DNA of 37,592 nt, from IMG/VR virus record IMGVR_UViG_3300031951_000061; one strand, given 5' to 3'. Origin of the DNA: an uncultured virus (IMG/VR IMGVR_UViG_3300031951_000061) (lineage: Duplodnaviria > Heunggongvirae > Uroviricota > Caudoviricetes). Below, piece by piece: positions 8,842-19,141 of this stretch (positions are counted from its first letter, which is position 1; each line of letters begins with the position of its first letter). The translations under genes and the position numbers were made by a program. The notes under the pieces are model-generated. The model searched no databases. It had not been told where the DNA came from and saw only the letters and a program-made list of their open reading frames with translations.

Positions 8842-10449
8842 CTATTGAGATGATCTACCTTCACCCTGTGGATTACGGCCAGCAATGGTGGTTGATGAAT
8901 CAGAATTGTTATTTGTTCTTTCTGAATCTCTTTCACGATTCCCTGCCAAATTTGCTCTAGCATCAGTTGCCTGCCTTGGAGACATAACAAATGGACTATC
9001 GCCATCTGACCTTTGTGGCAAATCTAACATTTCACGAGCCTCGTTTGGAGTCATGACTTGAGTTTTTACATATCTTTCAAGAATTTGAGACTGTGCAATT
9101 TCATCAGTTAGTGTCAACTCATTAAATTTAAGTTCTAAAATATCTGTCTTTTCTCTAATAATTTTGTTTACAATTTTTTCTAAATGTCTTTGTGCTGGAC
9201 GAGATACCTGTTCTTTAAATGTGCGATCTTGGGCAAGTGCTGATGCAGTACCTGCAGAGTCTGCTCCGCCTAATTTTGAGATAGGTACTTGATGGGCAAT
9301 TAAGATGTCATCACGATTTTGCTTACGGTATTCTTTAAATGAACCGTCCTGAATACCATTTTCAATTGGCTCCATCTTAAACTCAACCTTGTTGCCATCG
9401 CTATCTCCAGGAAGTGGGATATAGAGAGTTCTGTGTGATTGAGCCTTAAGGCCTGTTTGTAAAAATCTAAACATTTTATCTTCAGCATCACCAGATAGTT
9501 TTGCACCCTTTAGGGTTACCACATACCTTGGAACTGCTTTGTTTTCAAAATAATCAATATTGTATTGGGATGCTAATTGATCTCCAATTAAAGATGGCAT
9601 TGCTGCAACAATATCTGGAATACCATAAAATGTATTTAAAGGAGAATATTCCTTAAGATGAATAATTTCATTTGGTCTTGGGTCTGTGCCCATAGGGTTT
9701 GGATTTTTTGCTCCAAAGTTTCTAAAGTAAACTACCTTTTGACCAATAATTTGAATAAATCCATCACGTAAGCGACGCACACGGACAGTGGTTGCTGGAA
9801 TATGTCCAACATATCCAATATCTCCAGCCACAGTTCTACCTACTTCAATAAATCCATTGCCAGTTGCTTGAAGATCTGTGTAAACCTTTTCCATAGTTTT
9901 TGTAAAACTATCATCATCATTTAAACTTTCTAGCCAATCACGTAGTTGTATCTTTGCTCTTTCAATCCGATTACGAGCACGATCTACTGCTGCTTGATCT
10001 TCATTCATTTCAAACCTTAGCATAGTTCTATCTGAAATATCAAAGCGGTAACCAAGACCAACAACGTTTTCTACCTTAGCATCAATAGCAGCATGGTTAG
10101 CAAATGATGTGTCATAAAAGTTGGCTAACTCATACATATTGTATGGAGGAGTAATTACGTCAAATAGTCCGTAACCATTTCTGTATACCGTGCCAGGATT
10201 AATTTGTTTTGAACTTGCGTCTACTCCTGAAGGCGTAACATTTGCTGCATTTAAATATCCTTGGTTTGTTTCTGGACTAATATATTTTGAAAGATTACGA
10301 GTTGTTCTGCGACGAAAGTTTTGATCTAATCCAGCATAGTCTTTTAAATCATCCCAACTTTTATTAAATGGATCTTGATGCTTAAAAGGATTTTCTTCCT
10401 TATTTTGTGTATTAAGACCTACACGAATGTATTCTTGTTCGTCACTCAT
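8842..10449 (-). CDS. portal protein
   Basis: 535 aa; TDLQATGNGFIEV, HIPATTVRV, EIIHLKEYSPLNTFYGIP, YNIDYFENKAVP, VMTPNEARE. Confidence 0.93.
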   Translation of the reverse strand: MSDEQEYIRVGLNTQNKEENPFKHQDPFNKSWDDLKDYAGLDQNFRRRTTRNLSKYISPETNQGYLNAANVTPSGVDASSKQINPGTVYRNGYGLFDVITPPYNMYELANFYDTSFANHAAIDAKVENVVGLGYRFDISDRTMLRFEMNEDQAAVDRARNRIERAKIQLRDWLESLNDDDSFTKTMEKVYTDLQATGNGFIEVGRTVAGDIGYVGHIPATTVRVRRLRDGFIQIIGQKVVYFRNFGAKNPNPMGTDPRPNEIIHLKEYSPLNTFYGIPDIVAAMPSLIGDQLASQYNIDYFENKAVPRYVVTLKGAKLSGDAEDKMFRFLQTGLKAQSHRTLYIPLPGDSDGNKVEFKMEPIENGIQDGSFKEYRKQNRDDILIAHQVPISKLGGADSAGTASALAQDRTFKEQVSRPAQRHLEKIVNKIIREKTDILELKFNELTLTDEIAQSQILERYVKTQVMTPNEAREMLDLPQRSDGDSPFVMSPRQATDARANLAGNRERDSERTNNNSDSSTTIAGRNPQGEGRSSQ

Positions 10450-10837
10450 TTACAGCATCCTTTCCATATTTATCTAATGTTTGTTGTGCTGCATGCCAGG
10501 CGCCCAAGTCATTCATTGAAGGGATCAATCCCTCTCTCATTCTTTCTTTTTGTTCAGAGTATTCTTCTTCACTAATTCTTGTAAGTCCAGGAACAAAAAC
10601 TGCCTTGCCTTCTCCATCATCGCCATAATGCATAGCAGCCTTTCTTAGTTCTGCAATCTTAGATAAGTCGCCACGATCTGAGGGAATATTTAAAATTGAA
10701 CCAGTATCATCAGTAAACCATTTACCATTAGATTTTTTATAAACATAAAGACCCCAGTCATAATGCTTATCTATTACCTTACGACGAACATTTTTTACAT
10801 AGGGTTGACCAGTTTTTGGGTTAATTAGTGATTCCAT
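10442..10837 (-). CDS. hypothetical protein (probably leaderless; start reassigned to 10837)
   Basis: TGATATACT lies 7 nt before the second ATG; overlaps the portal start. Confidence 0.7.
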   Translation of the reverse strand: MESLINPKTGQPYVKNVRRKVIDKHYDWGLYVYKKSNGKWFTDDTGSILNIPSDRGDLSKIAELRKAAMHYGDDGEGKAVFVPGLTRISEEEYSEQKERMREGLIPSMNDLGAWHAAQQTLDKYGKDAVNE

Positions 10838-10855
10838 AACCATAAGTATATCAGA

Positions 10856-13800
10856 CTATACTGGTGTAGCGACAGTGCTTGACCATTCTATACCTGAATA
10901 GACCTTTAATATTTCAGGCTGATACACAAATCCCTCTCCGTCATCAATAATAATCTTATTAGTTCCTATATATGTTTTATAAATATCTAATGGATTAATT
11001 CCATAAAATTCTGAAGAACCTATGACTAACATGCCGTCCCAAGTAAAGTTATTTAGCCAGTATTGCCAGTCAAAAGTAGTAATTCCATCCGTTAATACTT
11101 TATACCAAGGTCTAAATGTTCTACTTTCAACCTCTTGTAAACTATTTGCCTGATAATAAGCAATATTGTTAAATAGGGCTGGTCCAGTGATATTTATACT
11201 ACCTAGGTATGAGTTGTAAACAAGCGATGTTATAAAAGATATGCCAATAGCAGACCACTCTTTAAGTGATAAAACTGGCTCTCTTACAAGATTTCCATTT
11301 AAATAAAAGGCAATTCCATTAACTGGAACCCCATTTTCATTTAAAACAAAAACCTTTCCCCTATTTAGATCAGTGCTGTTAGCCTGTATATAAAATTTTA
11401 GTATACCGTCTTTATGATTAATTTCAAATATTTCTGTAGCAGTTTCTGGAAAAGTATCTTGATCATATCTTAACCATAATTGCATAGCACTCACCTTGTA
11501 TGAAGTTGCTAATTCTTTATTAATAGGAAGAGATAATCCACGACTTTCTAAAATGTTAAATTCTCCACGTACTTCCAATCCAGAAGTTTTAGTTAAATAC
11601 AGATATGGAGTGCTTTCTTTATAGATACTAAATGGATTTTTTGATTTATAATCAAAATATATACCATTTTTCTTGTATGGAAATAAATCTACGCCAAATC
11701 TTGTTCCAACTGGATTAGATGAATTATTATTAAATGCCTGTGACGCTAATTGTAACTTATTCAATAATATTGGTTTAGTTAAAATACCACGACTATTGAA
11801 CTCAAGGCTATAAACAATAGCAAGACTATTAAAATCTTCTGTTTTAATAGGATAAATTAATGTATTGTTTAAAACTTCAAATCTTGTAGTTTCCCAATTT
11901 TCATAACTATTTATATCAAGAATTTTATACTGATTTAAAGTTTGTTCATTTGCAAAAGACGTTGTAATATTTGCCCCATTAGAAACATATTGAAAAGTAA
12001 TATAACTTTTTATTTGTGCTCCAGTTGTATCATAGTAGTATCCAGTGCTGCCAGACTCTTCTATTAATGTTGTTGTTGTTGGATATCCTAAGTTAAACTG
12101 TAAAAAATCTAAATCATAATATTCTTCGCCATCTTTATTTTTTACAAATTGTCCAAAATAGGAAAGTGGTAAATAATCTTGCCAATATCCAGCGACACCT
12201 ATATCTAAAAAGTATTTTTCATATGCTTCGGAAGGTAGGAGTGTATAACTTGCTGTATGAGAAATCAATGTTGATCCGTGATCTAGAATAATAATCCCAT
12301 TTTCATCAAAATTATTTGATATTTTTGAAGAATTGTTTGTGCTACAAATACCAACAGAATATATTCTTCCAGTAAATGAATGCTGTCCAGAATTTTCACC
12401 ACCGACATACATTTTTAAAGAATTTTGATTTCCAAAAAAAGATCCTACGCTTCCGCCAAAATTATCAGATAAATCTCTTAAATTAAAGCCCACTGCAAAA
12501 ATAGTGTTTGCTGTAATTGGATCTGATGTAAACAATAAGTCAGTATTTCCACTATAGGTTAAATAATATTTAATTTCATCAGCATCTTTGACAATAGAAA
12601 AATAATTTCCAGTTATAGGATTATATATTTTAAACAGTGTTTGTTCCGAAACAAGATCGTGGGAACTAAGAACACCATAAAAACTATCAACCTGATTTGC
12701 TAAAACATTAAATTTATTAAAATTAATATAGGTATTTTTGGAATTCCAAGTGTTGTTTGGCCTAAAAGACAAAAACTTGTTTTCAATAAATGGTCCAGAT
12801 TCATTATCCTGTATGTTCTGATTGTCTTCATATAACTCTTCTAATGTTTTTCCATCTAAAAATATTTCAGGTAATGAATATTCTGGCGTTCTTAAACTTG
12901 TTGTAGTTGTTGTTAAGTTATCAAAACTTCCCTGATTCCATCCTGCAAAGTCTGGATAGTTGTAGTTTGCTGTATAGTTAGCAAATGGGTAATCTACGAA
13001 TGCGGTTGTTCCTCCATATGCTGCGTTAATGCCTTCTGGAGAGATAACACCCTGTCCATACACCCATCTACGTTTTGCTACTGTGACTGGAATTTGATAT
13101 GAATAAATTGCAACACAGTCAATCTCAAAAGGGTATACATTAGTATCTGCATAAAATCCTAGCCAGTCTTGATTATCTCCATTGTTGTCAAGTTCGTCTG
13201 GTAAAGAAAGATTATCTGTATCTAATGACAAAGATAATACTTCTTCCCCATTTACCAATAGTGATGCTGAGTTTCTGATTAAACGAATATGAATAAGCAT
13301 TGGCCGAAACCATTCGCCAACGAAATGAGAAGCAAATTGATTACCAATAACTAATGTTAAAAATCCATCTTCAACATATAGTCCATCACTAGATCCAATT
13401 GGTCCAAAAATCTTAAATGGCACTGAAGTATTTACCGCTATTCTTGCCCAAAATTCAACTGTATATTCGTTATACTGTCCTTTTTTATTTAAAAATCCTT
13501 TGCCTGGAATTATTAAAGATGCATCTGTGCTTGGCTCTAGTCTTGTTGCCCCGCTTGCCCCATAAACTAATGGAATTCCTGTATTTTTACATTTTAGTCC
13601 ACCCTCTGTAATATAATATCCAGAATCTTCTGCAATTCCATATGCCTGTGCCTCTACGGCATCTAAACCGCCATAAATACTTATTGTTGATGGAACCGTA
13701 GTTTCTATTATTCCATTTAAAGAGTATGTATTAAACTCTTCATTCCATTGTCCCAAAGTAATTCCATTAAAATAAAATTGATTATCCTGTGGCCCTGCAG

Positions 13801-14320
13801 ATCCTTCAAATACTTTTATTTTAAAAATAATTCTTAATTGTGCTGATACATTTGGTATTTCAAAAGTTTCAGAAATAAATCCCCATTTTTGATAAAGTGT
13901 GCTTGTAAATGTTTTTAAGTTTTGTACTATTGTAGACGTATCTGGGTCAGTATATTCATATCCTATAGAAACATTTTGCAAAAAAACGCTATTTGAATAA
14001 AAATATGATCCTACCGTAAAAGTTCCAAGATTTTCAAGCGTATTAAAATTTAAAATATTTGGACTAATTATTGATGCTTCAAGTGTTTCTGATATTGGAA
14101 CATCAACTTCAATTAATGATAAAATACTATTTGGAAATGGTTCTTTTAGTGAAGAAGATTCTAAAGTTGCGGTTGCATTTGTTACTGTCCAAGAATTATG
14201 GATTTCACGATTTGACTCAGAAATTAAACTTTTATAGTCAAGTGTATCGTCTAATGCCCACAAAACTAGCGGATGCTCTGAATATATTTTTTCTGCATAC
14301 AAATTTGATGGGGTAGACAT
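10856..14320 (-). CDS. large virion-associated protein with concanavalin A/LamG-like domains
   Basis: 1154 aa, aromatic/Asn/Ser-rich beta protein; YAEKIYSEHPLVLWALDD, YTVEFW, LLVNGE, FTGRIYSV are LamG-like motifs. Confidence 0.6.
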   Translation of the reverse strand: MSTPSNLYAEKIYSEHPLVLWALDDTLDYKSLISESNREIHNSWTVTNATATLESSSLKEPFPNSILSLIEVDVPISETLEASIISPNILNFNTLENLGTFTVGSYFYSNSVFLQNVSIGYEYTDPDTSTIVQNLKTFTSTLYQKWGFISETFEIPNVSAQLRIIFKIKVFEGSAGPQDNQFYFNGITLGQWNEEFNTYSLNGIIETTVPSTISIYGGLDAVEAQAYGIAEDSGYYITEGGLKCKNTGIPLVYGASGATRLEPSTDASLIIPGKGFLNKKGQYNEYTVEFWARIAVNTSVPFKIFGPIGSSDGLYVEDGFLTLVIGNQFASHFVGEWFRPMLIHIRLIRNSASLLVNGEEVLSLSLDTDNLSLPDELDNNGDNQDWLGFYADTNVYPFEIDCVAIYSYQIPVTVAKRRWVYGQGVISPEGINAAYGGTTAFVDYPFANYTANYNYPDFAGWNQGSFDNLTTTTTSLRTPEYSLPEIFLDGKTLEELYEDNQNIQDNESGPFIENKFLSFRPNNTWNSKNTYINFNKFNVLANQVDSFYGVLSSHDLVSEQTLFKIYNPITGNYFSIVKDADEIKYYLTYSGNTDLLFTSDPITANTIFAVGFNLRDLSDNFGGSVGSFFGNQNSLKMYVGGENSGQHSFTGRIYSVGICSTNNSSKISNNFDENGIIILDHGSTLISHTASYTLLPSEAYEKYFLDIGVAGYWQDYLPLSYFGQFVKNKDGEEYYDLDFLQFNLGYPTTTTLIEESGSTGYYYDTTGAQIKSYITFQYVSNGANITTSFANEQTLNQYKILDINSYENWETTRFEVLNNTLIYPIKTEDFNSLAIVYSLEFNSRGILTKPILLNKLQLASQAFNNNSSNPVGTRFGVDLFPYKKNGIYFDYKSKNPFSIYKESTPYLYLTKTSGLEVRGEFNILESRGLSLPINKELATSYKVSAMQLWLRYDQDTFPETATEIFEINHKDGILKFYIQANSTDLNRGKVFVLNENGVPVNGIAFYLNGNLVREPVLSLKEWSAIGISFITSLVYNSYLGSINITGPALFNNIAYYQANSLQEVESRTFRPWYKVLTDGITTFDWQYWLNNFTWDGMLVIGSSEFYGINPLDIYKTYIGTNKIIIDDGEGFVYQPEILKVYSGIEWSSTVATPV

Positions 14321-14355
14321 ATTTCTCCTATCCCCTTATTATAGCAGGATGCGAA

Positions 14356-16386
14356 CTAATATAATTTAATCTCACATGCGTCTGTTGAACAGTATTTTTC
14401 AGACTCTGCATCAAGATTATCTTTACCATCATAAATAGCAGACCAATCAATTTTGCCAATTGTGCCAACATATGAGTTATACTCTTCTCTTGTTATCTGA
14501 GTATATGGCTGTTGTGGATATGTCTGGTTGCCCATTGGTAAAAATGATACTGCCTTTAACTGCCCTTCGTACATATGAAGTGCTGGAGCAATATGCTTAG
14601 ACTCTGATTCTTTGTCAAATGAAAGAGTTACAGATACACCATTATCAGACCAATACTTTTGAGCGGTAGCAGCCAAACCAATCTTTTCAAAAAGACTTAC
14701 ATCCTTCTCAGATCTTGGATGTCCAGATGCTACTGGGAAATATACTACTGAAGTATTTGCTGATACTACGTCATCTTCAATTTTATACCCTGCTGCTTTA
14801 AACAAATGAATCATTGGATCTGTGTTTCCAAACCTAATAGCACGAAGATAGAATGCTCCTCCAGGACCCCAATGAACTCCAGGAGTTGCACCAGAAAGTA
14901 ATGACACAGAGCCAGAAGGTTTGACGGTAGTTACACGAATTGATTCACGTACACATAGCCACTCTGAGTATGAATGATCGTATGAACGAATTTTTTTATA
15001 CCCTTCGTCCATCCACTCACGAATTACTGGCATACCTTTTGTATCTGCAAATGATGCAATACCAGTTAGAGATGTTCCAATGCGACGATTACGTTGCATA
15101 ATTCCATTTGTGGTTTGCCAATGTGTAGGCATTAATGTAACAGTCTTACCATATAGATATGCAAACTTTAGTGTACGAAGAAAGTCTTCTCTGTCTTCAT
15201 GACGATTTAAATGAACTTCTACGAGAGTGCATAGTTCATAACTTTCTAAAGGTTGTTCAGCGCAAGGATTGAATCCCATAACACGAGAATCTTTATAGTC
15301 TGCAGGATCTGCTAGTCTTCCATAATCTCTAGCAACGTCTAGCCAAATAAATCCTGGCTCACCATTATCTGCAATTAAATCAACATAATCTTCATACTTT
15401 GTTCCAACCTCTGCAGCAATAGAATTATTAGACATCCATGCCCATCCTGGATTTTTTGAATCAAAAGAGTTTCTATCTGGAAAAACCTCTGCATTTTTTA
15501 AATTAATAAAATCTTTATCTTCTGGTAGTCCTAAAGCCAAGGTAGCAGAACGACGAACATTTCCAGAAACAACACATGTGCCAATAAGGTTAACAATATC
15601 TACGATTGCACGAGAATCAAGTTTTTCTCCTGATCTACCGCCAATAACTGCGTCTATCTTGTTATGTAGTGCAATTAGTGGTGCTGGACCGCTAGCAACC
15701 CCTCCAAAGCCTTTTATAGGGGCACCTAGAGGACGGATAAGGTCATAGTTAAACTTCTGTATAGCCTGATTAGGGCGCAGGTATGAGTTTAAAAGCATTC
15801 TTACAGAATCTACCCAGCCTTCACGAGTATCTGGAATTTCCCATATATTTTCTGGTTCTGTTGGGGCATAGATAGGCATTTCTTTGTCTTGACCAATAGT
15901 GTCAAACCCTACACCTATACCTAGCATTAAGGCATCCATTACCCATGCGAATAAGGCTCCTGGATCATTACGATCAATATCACGAGTAGAGACCATGGCA
16001 CAATTTTGCAGGGAGGCAGAGTTACGTTTTTCCATAGTCATGGGGGTTCCAAATGCCCACAAACCACGACCTGGAGGAGTCCATTTTAAGTTAAACATTC
16101 TGTCATAGGCTTCTTGGGCAGACTTTTGTGCCTTATTATCATTCCAAGGTAAACGGTTATCTTTGGCGTGATTTTTTTGTACTGAGTACATTCCTTCAAT
16201 TACCCGCTTGCAAACCTCATGCCATCTTTCCTTTGTACCGTCTTCTTTCATGCGAGAATAGGTTCGTATAAAAGTGATTTCACCTAACGAATTAGAGCCT
16301 GCATCTGTAAAACCAAAAGGTGCTGATACTCCAACATATTTGTTTATGAATTCATCTGTTAAACGAAAAGAAAAAATATCTGACAT
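14356..16386 (-). CDS. nrdJ: class II adenosylcobalamin-dependent ribonucleotide reductase (monomeric RTPR-like, no ATP cone)
   Basis: RTYSR, PPGRGLW, NCA, GNVRRSA, NPCAEQPLESYELCTL, TTVKPSGSVSLL and C-terminal CSTDAC redox pair. Confidence 0.95.
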   Translation of the reverse strand: MSDIFSFRLTDEFINKYVGVSAPFGFTDAGSNSLGEITFIRTYSRMKEDGTKERWHEVCKRVIEGMYSVQKNHAKDNRLPWNDNKAQKSAQEAYDRMFNLKWTPPGRGLWAFGTPMTMEKRNSASLQNCAMVSTRDIDRNDPGALFAWVMDALMLGIGVGFDTIGQDKEMPIYAPTEPENIWEIPDTREGWVDSVRMLLNSYLRPNQAIQKFNYDLIRPLGAPIKGFGGVASGPAPLIALHNKIDAVIGGRSGEKLDSRAIVDIVNLIGTCVVSGNVRRSATLALGLPEDKDFINLKNAEVFPDRNSFDSKNPGWAWMSNNSIAAEVGTKYEDYVDLIADNGEPGFIWLDVARDYGRLADPADYKDSRVMGFNPCAEQPLESYELCTLVEVHLNRHEDREDFLRTLKFAYLYGKTVTLMPTHWQTTNGIMQRNRRIGTSLTGIASFADTKGMPVIREWMDEGYKKIRSYDHSYSEWLCVRESIRVTTVKPSGSVSLLSGATPGVHWGPGGAFYLRAIRFGNTDPMIHLFKAAGYKIEDDVVSANTSVVYFPVASGHPRSEKDVSLFEKIGLAATAQKYWSDNGVSVTLSFDKESESKHIAPALHMYEGQLKAVSFLPMGNQTYPQQPYTQITREEYNSYVGTIGKIDWSAIYDGKDNLDAESEKYCSTDACEIKLY

Positions 16387-16460
16387 TTATGTTCCAACTT
16401 TCTATTAAAATATTGTAAGTACTTTGTAAAATCCAAAGTAGTTCCTAAGTATATCATAGT

Positions 16461-16495
16461 TTAAAAAGAAAAACACGCTTGTTTAAGGCGTGTTA
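16461..16495 (-). terminator. intrinsic terminator between the fibre gene and nrdJ
   Basis: AACACGC-loop-GCGTGTT followed by TTTCTTTTT; an extended -10 (TGATATACT) for nrdJ follows. Confidence 0.75.
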
Positions 16496-16535
16496 ATCTC
16501 TAGTTTAGAGTTAGTGCTTTGTATTTTATAAAGTA

Positions 16536-18422
16536 CTATGCACCAATCAACATTAATTCGCTAAATGCTGCTCCGCCACCTGATGTTGCCCAAGATAAGT
16601 TTCCAGAGCCATCTGTTGACAATGCTTGCCCTGCTGTTCCGTCTGCTGAAGGAAGTGTCCAAACTTTATTTGTTGTAACAGTTCCTGGAGATTTAAAACC
16701 AACATAATGACTTGAATCTGTGTCTGCAAACCTTAATTCTGCTGTAGCATTAAGGGTAAGTGCTGTTGTTGCCAATGCGCTAGACAGTGTTTTATTTGTA
16801 AGAGTATCTGTTGAAGAGGTTGTTACAACATTAACACCTTCAATAGTTACTACTCCTGCACTACCTCTAGCAATTGTGGTGTCTGAAGCATGTCCTAGTT
16901 CAATACTTCCTAAGCCTAACGCCGTAGAAGTTGATGATGTAATTCCACTTACTGGAAGTCCTGTAGCATTTGTAAGAGTTAATGTTGTTGGAGTTCCTAG
17001 ACCTGCCCCATTTGGAATTGTTACAGTTCCAGTAAAGGTTGGAGAGGCAAGTGGAGCATATGTTGATGATGCTGTTGCTGAGGCAAGTTTAGAGTCTAAC
17101 TGTGTTTGAATTGCTGATGTTACCCCATTTAAATATGAAATTTCAGTATCAGAAACATCTGCTACACGAGTTTGTGTAATTGTTGTATCAATTGAAAATG
17201 ATGAGCCAGTTAGTGTTAAACCATTTCCTGCGGTATATGTTCCTGCACCAGAGAACTGAGTAAACTCAATATTATCTGAGCCAACAGTTGTAATTACATT
17301 GGTTTGTACGTAGCCTGTTTTGCCATTAGCAGTTCCAGCCTCTACGAATATAAAGTCTCCAGCGTCTACTTCTCCTGCTGTATTGTAGTCATCTGCACGA
17401 TCTGGAGCACCAGATGCTTTAACTACATAAATACCGTTTTCTGTTTTATCTGTTTGATTTTTAACCAAAACACGATTTCCAGTGGCAAGTGTAACTCCAT
17501 CAAGAGTATCGCCATTTTCAAGGGCACTTGCTAATGTAATATTTGCAGTTGTAGCAGCCTGTACTGCAGCGTGAACGTTAAGTCCTGCCGTTGCAGCATC
17601 TACATATGCTTTTGTAGCAGCATCAGCATCTGCTGTAGGAGTTCCAAGGCCTGTGATTTTGTTTGTTCCCATTGCAATGGCGCCAGTCATTGTGCCACCT
17701 GAAAGGGCTAACTTGCCATCAAGTTGTGTTTGAATTGCTGATGTTACTCCATTTAAATATGAAATTTCAGTGTCGGAAACGTCTGCTATACGAAGTTGAA
17801 CTGTTGATGAATCCACATAAATGGCACCAGTTGTATCGTTGTATAAAAGACCAGTAGAAACGCTATTTCCGATAGCATCTTGTGCTCTTTCATCAGTAAA
17901 ATATTTATTTGTAGATCCTTCTGAAAGTGAATCTGTATTTGATGGGATGTTTGATGTTAATGCAACTGTGCCTGTTGCATCTGGAAAAGTGATTGTGCGA
18001 TCTGCGGTTGGGTTTCCTGCAGAAAGGGTAAGTTCATAGTCATCTGCACTAGAACCCTCCATTGTAATAGTTGAAGTAAATACTCCAATATTTGTAATAT
18101 CTGAAAGGTTGCCAGTTGTAATAACTGTACCACTTACGTTTGGAAGGGTAATTGTGCGATCATCTGTAGGGTCTGTTACTTGAAGGGTAGTCTCATAAGA
18201 GTCAGCGGTAGCACCTTCAAAAACAATGCTTGTACCAAAAGATGGATTGACTGTAGAAGATTGATCAATAAAATAATCTAGGTCTGCCCAGTGGTTTGTT
18301 CCATCACCAATCTTGAATTTATTGGTATCTGATTCCCATCCCATTTCACCAGCATTTAATATTGGATTTGCAGATGTCCACTGTGAAGCAGTACCTCTGC
18401 GTTGTTGCATTCTGGTTGCCAT
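16536..18422 (-). CDS. tail fibre-like protein with Mtd-N-like N-terminus
   Basis: RMQQRRGTASQWTSANPILNAGEMGWESDTNKFKIGDG; AATKAYVD and RVLVKNQT..ENGIYVV fibre domains; internal repeats. Confidence 0.8.
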   Translation of the reverse strand: MATRMQQRRGTASQWTSANPILNAGEMGWESDTNKFKIGDGTNHWADLDYFIDQSSTVNPSFGTSIVFEGATADSYETTLQVTDPTDDRTITLPNVSGTVITTGNLSDITNIGVFTSTITMEGSSADDYELTLSAGNPTADRTITFPDATGTVALTSNIPSNTDSLSEGSTNKYFTDERAQDAIGNSVSTGLLYNDTTGAIYVDSSTVQLRIADVSDTEISYLNGVTSAIQTQLDGKLALSGGTMTGAIAMGTNKITGLGTPTADADAATKAYVDAATAGLNVHAAVQAATTANITLASALENGDTLDGVTLATGNRVLVKNQTDKTENGIYVVKASGAPDRADDYNTAGEVDAGDFIFVEAGTANGKTGYVQTNVITTVGSDNIEFTQFSGAGTYTAGNGLTLTGSSFSIDTTITQTRVADVSDTEISYLNGVTSAIQTQLDSKLASATASSTYAPLASPTFTGTVTIPNGAGLGTPTTLTLTNATGLPVSGITSSTSTALGLGSIELGHASDTTIARGSAGVVTIEGVNVVTTSSTDTLTNKTLSSALATTALTLNATAELRFADTDSSHYVGFKSPGTVTTNKVWTLPSADGTAGQALSTDGSGNLSWATSGGGAAFSELMLIGA

Positions 18423-18435
18423 AGATTACACCTTC

Positions 18436-18624
18436 TTATATGATGTCTTGTATTGTTTGACCAACTAGTATTGTTTTGTCAAGATCTGAATATCTAGTAG
18501 ATCCATCTCCAACGCAATATGTAAAAGTTGTCTGATTATAAGCAATTGTGCCAGCAGCAATTATAGGATTATGTTCTTCCCATTCTGCAGCAGAAGCATG
18601 TACGTTAAATGTTGAACCTGCCAT
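18436..18624 (-). CDS. stand-alone Mtd-N-like small protein
   Basis: 62 aa SAAEWEEHNPIIAAGTIAY...YCVGDGSTRYSDL matches the N-terminus of the next gene; own -10 and GAAAGG SD. Confidence 0.65.
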   Translation of the reverse strand: MAGSTFNVHASAAEWEEHNPIIAAGTIAYNQTTFTYCVGDGSTRYSDLDKTILVGQTIQDII

Positions 18625-18662
18625 GATTACATCCTTTCCATTATTAAGTATTATACCATCTT

Positions 18663-19121
18663 TTAGTTAAAGTTATCAATTGCAATTCCGCCATCCCAAG
18701 TAACAGCCCATGCAACTGTATTATAAAATCCAGCATCTGTTGAATCTCCTGCTTCATCATAATATCCAGCGTCTTTGAAAGTACTTACAATTAATCCAGT
18801 TCCATCAATTGCAGTATCATGAATGTGTTGTTGTAGTTCTAAAGTATCTTGTAATAACGCTATAGAACTCCAGGCAGAATTATAATAAACAAAAAGGTGA
18901 TCACTCTCTGTATCATAAAACAATTGACCATTTGTTGGTGATGCTGGAAATGTTGCGCCAGATCCAACAACAACTGTGCCAACAAGAGAATCTACATAAG
19001 ATTTTGTTGTTGCGTGTGTGTTTTGAGTAGGAGTGGCAACTGTAACAGTTCCTCCAAAAGTACCGCCTTCGGCTACATCTAAGCCATGCTTTACTTTAAA
19101 GTTTCTATTAGTAGTTGCCAC
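18663..19121 (-). CDS. fibre/decoration-like virion protein
   Basis: HATTKSYVD and FPASPTNGQLFYDT..LFVYY...W fibre motifs; GTG start with GAGG SD. Confidence 0.65.
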   Translation of the reverse strand: MATTNRNFKVKHGLDVAEGGTFGGTVTVATPTQNTHATTKSYVDSLVGTVVVGSGATFPASPTNGQLFYDTESDHLFVYYNSAWSSIALLQDTLELQQHIHDTAIDGTGLIVSTFKDAGYYDEAGDSTDAGFYNTVAWAVTWDGGIAIDNFN

Positions 19122-19141
19122 TTCCGACCTCTATTCTTTAA

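Noticed and set aside
16387..16460. Cobalamin riboswitch or NrdR box upstream of nrdJ
   Set aside because: The leader is only about 55 nt, too short for a B12 element, and there is no convincing NrdR consensus.
16536..18624. Diversity-generating retroelement suggested by Mtd-N domains
   Set aside because: No reverse transcriptase and no adenine-variant TR/VR pair seen; Mtd-N is only an attachment domain.
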